A stretch of DNA of 63,944 nt, filler included, from Collodictyon triciliatum (Eukaryota), in the NCBI GenBank assembly GCA_043381765.1. It is 9 parts of 9 records of this genome, joined end to end, with 100 filler letters (N's around TTAATTAATTAA, not from the genome) between each part and the next. Parts side by side here need not be neighbours in the genome. Positions count along the whole stretch, not along the records: positions 57,961 to 61,367 come from JBHJMP010003206.1; positions 61,468 to 63,944 come from JBHJMP010003293.1; 7 more parts are not named here. One strand, 5' to 3'. Positions 61,201 through 63,944 of the stretch are shown here, one piece after another. Under the pieces are notes generated by a model. That model was not told the DNA's origin and searched no databases. It saw only the letters and a list, made by a program, of their open reading frames with translations. Position 1 is the stretch's first letter; each line of letters begins with the position of its first letter. Made by a program: the position numbers and the translations under genes.

Positions 61201-61287
61201 AAACTATCTAGATTAGCTACCTCAGCGCCAGCTTCCCCAAAGATTTTGTCTACCATGATCTCCTTCAAAGCTTTCTCAGCTTCCTCC
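58277..61287 (-). CDS. ADE5,7: Bifunctional GARS-AIRS (PurD-PurM; ADE5,7 type), 5' truncated, multi-exon
   Basis: [44 protein letters not shown]...[75 protein letters not shown]; stop at 58277. Confidence 0.96.
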
Positions 61288-61324
61288 TAGATTGTCATCC
61301 AGCAGTAAGTCAATAGCATGAAAA

Positions 61325-61355
<31 letters not shown>

Positions 61356-61467
61356 CGTTTATTTTTTNNNNNNNNNNNNNNNNNNNNNNNNNNNNNNNNN
61401 NNNNNNNNNNNTTAATTAATTAANNNNNNNNNNNNNNNNNNNNNNNNNNNNNNNNNNNNNNNNNNNN

Positions 61468-61566
61468 TATTGTTTTTATTGTTTTTATTGTTTTTATTGT
61501 TTTTATTGTTTTTATTGTTTTTATTGTTTTTATTGTTTTTATTGTTTTTATTGTTTTTATTGTTTG
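61468..61566. repeat. (TTATTGTTT)n 9-mer repeat
   Basis: Direct inspection. Confidence 0.93.
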
Positions 61567-61781
61567 CTCTCCATTCTCTATGTTCTACAATCCCTAACAG
61601 AAGCCTAACCACAGGTGCGGTTGCTTGAAAAAAAAAATGCAATCCATTTTCCTCAGTAAGTTTTAAAAATACAATCACTTATCTCTTCTAGAATGCAATA
61701 AAAAATTTTTGTCACGATGAATAGGTGTTAGACATCCTGTTTGATTAAATCGATTACTTCTCATCTCCTGTAGAGCTCGCC

Positions 61782-63611
61782 GTGATGGCATGTTTGATAG
61801 CCTCGGTCATCGCAGATGATTCTTTTATCGCCCTTGCAGGCCACTTGGCTAGAGTGCTTACTTTGAAGCTTCTCCCTGATGGACATCGCTTCATCAGCCT
61901 CAGCGCCGACACTAGCGCACGTATATGGGACATTTCCAGTGGCTCCTACCTGTCAAACCTCCAGTCCAGAGGATATATAATGTCATCTGTTGACATCACT
62001 CGTGATGGTTTATATGCTATCGTGGGCTTCACGTTCGGGGGAGTTTTCACATACGATCTATCCACAGGAAAGGACGTTGGTTACTTACCTGCATCTTCTC
62101 AGCCGGTGAACGGTGTGGCTTTTTCATTGGATAGTTCAAAAGCCATCACAGCCGGTGAGGATGGCATGATTAGGCTCTGGGAAATAGCGAGTAGAAATCT
62201 GCTTTATGAGATTGTAGGTGACGATAAAGGCATCAGTGCTCTCTGTTTAACCCCTGACGGACGCTTTTTTGTTTCTGGTGGACGAAGCAGCCAAGTTAAA
62301 TTGTGGGCATACACCGATGGGACTTTGGTCCACACCATGATGGGTCATACGGGCAGCATCCAAGGCGTAGTCATCACACCGGATGGGATGAGGATTGTCT
62401 CTGGATCCAATGATGCTGACATTCGCATCTGGAATCTTTTTGATGGTCGTCTGATTCATATTCTTTCAGGACACCTGGGCAGTGTCAATGGCGTTGCAGT
62501 GACTCCGGATGGCCGGCATGTTGTCTCTGGTTCGAGTGACAATACCATCATCGTTTGGGACCTCAATACAGGCCTTATTTCCAAAACCATACAGGTTGGG
62601 CAGAGTGTCAATGCTGTGGCTACGGATGGAGACAGTATCGCATCCGGCTTGGCTGATAAGGTGATGAAGCTGTGGAGTTTTTCTGATGGAAGTTTAGTCA
62701 GATCAATAATCGGCCACAGCGCACCGATCGATTCCATAGCCCTTACTCCGGACGGAAAGCATATTTTGTCTGCAGATTCAGATGGATTTGTCTACACTTG
62801 GGACGTAGAAAAGAGAGAGTATATTCGATCCACAGCAGAGGATATTCCTTTCATTTACAGTGTTGCTGTCACACCCGACGGGTCAAAGTTCATCACTGGT
62901 TCAGGTGATATCTACGCAAGGATATGGAGCGTTGAAGATTCATCATTGCTCCTCCGCGTCAATGGTTCTTCGTCCTACCTTTTTAGCATCTCAGTTCACC
63001 CAGACGGAACAAAGTTTATTGGTGGGAGTGATCGAAAAATCCTGGAGTGGTCGCTGCATGACGGAAGCCTCTTACGCACAACATCCAAGCAAGAAGGTCT
63101 GGCAACTTCCGTGGCATATTCTCCGGATGGCTCGCTCATCGCGTCTGGTGGAAGTTCCGAAGCTGTCCAAGTATGGGACTCTGCTAGTTTCTCACTGCTT
63201 CTTACTCTTAGGGGTCATGAATTGGACATACTGGATGTTGGAATCACACCAGACAACAAATATGTTTATTCTGGAAGCGAGGACAACACCATCAGAATAT
63301 GGAGCCTCCCCTCGGGTTCGCAGTATCGCATCTACAAAGACAGCAGAGTCGACATCTACTACCTGACCGTCTCCAGCGACGGCTCCAAAATCTTCACAAC
63401 AGGCAGATACAAAGATATTATCGTGCTGGACTTTCACGATGGCTCTGTCATTGAAAATCTGTATGGGCAGACATCACCGGCCGAATGCATGGCCCTTTCA
63501 GCTGATGGGAGATACATCGTCAGCGGAGCCAGCGACCGGGCTGTTCGTCTCTGGGATAGAGCGCATGACTCAGTCGCCGACAATGGCAGCGTAATCCTCA
63601 TGGGGCTCTGA
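61782..63611 (+). CDS. Intronless WD40 protein (~14 repeats, double beta-propeller); start codon uncertain
   Basis: 609-aa ORF of GH...V..V..TPDG..IVSGS.D..I..W units. Confidence 0.93.
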   Translation: MMACLIASVIADDSFIALAGHLARVLTLKLLPDGHRFISLSADTSARIWDISSGSYLSNLQSRGYIMSSVDITRDGLYAIVGFTFGGVFTYDLSTGKDVGYLPASSQPVNGVAFSLDSSKAITAGEDGMIRLWEIASRNLLYEIVGDDKGISALCLTPDGRFFVSGGRSSQVKLWAYTDGTLVHTMMGHTGSIQGVVITPDGMRIVSGSNDADIRIWNLFDGRLIHILSGHLGSVNGVAVTPDGRHVVSGSSDNTIIVWDLNTGLISKTIQVGQSVNAVATDGDSIASGLADKVMKLWSFSDGSLVRSIIGHSAPIDSIALTPDGKHILSADSDGFVYTWDVEKREYIRSTAEDIPFIYSVAVTPDGSKFITGSGDIYARIWSVEDSSLLLRVNGSSSYLFSISVHPDGTKFIGGSDRKILEWSLHDGSLLRTTSKQEGLATSVAYSPDGSLIASGGSSEAVQVWDSASFSLLLTLRGHELDILDVGITPDNKYVYSGSEDNTIRIWSLPSGSQYRIYKDSRVDIYYLTVSSDGSKIFTTGRYKDIIVLDFHDGSVIENLYGQTSPAECMALSADGRYIVSGASDRAVRLWDRAHDSVADNGSVILMGL

Positions 63612-63868
63612 TGTAGCCAGCACCAGAAACCCTTGACTTCCTCTACTAATGCTTTCTCTGCGACGGACTATTTCCCCCGCTTTGTGTGCGTGTGGTGAGA
63701 TACCGAACGAAGCCAAGAAGAGGAACCCCCCGATTAAAGCGCTGCTCGTGGTATTAAGCCACAAGAGTTTTCTCGATGTCAACGTTCTGAAACTGCCAAC
63801 CGATGTTCGGAGTTGAAGTGTGCGCTTACGTCAACCCATCACAAGCAAACATATCTGTTTTTTTGGTT

Positions 63869-63917
<49 letters not shown>

Positions 63918-63944
63918 TTTTTTTTTTTTTTTTTTTGGGATATT

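Overview
AT-rich, intron-rich, microsatellite-laden eukaryotic DNA. It is probably a protist: a Sib-like adhesin, a LvsA/WDFY3-like BEACH protein and a GARS-AIRS fusion are compatible with Amoebozoa, but this is inference. The window is not one locus. It is nine unrelated contigs joined by 100-nt N spacers that contain TTAATTAATTAA. Genes recognised after manual splicing: a partial BEACH-family protein, a DUF1647-like glycosyltransferase, mitochondrial ribosomal protein mL54, an ENPP phosphodiesterase, a Sib/integrin-beta-like adhesin with two NPLY motifs next to an FG-GAP propeller gene, a hypervariable LRR gene, an R3H-SUZ protein, a YCR051W-like ankyrin protein, a claudin-like 4-TM protein, FAM177, the PP1 catalytic subunit, ornithine aminotransferase, a FAM166/CIMIP2-like PGYxG-repeat protein, bifunctional GARS-AIRS and an intronless WD40 protein. 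A decayed Helitron Rep gene, invisible in the ORF track, lies at about 31.9-33.7 kb. The most notable items are the adjacent integrin-alpha-like and integrin-beta-like genes, the LRR/transposon accessory contig, and a ciliary microtubule-inner-protein family gene. All family calls come from motif recognition by eye; no searches were run.
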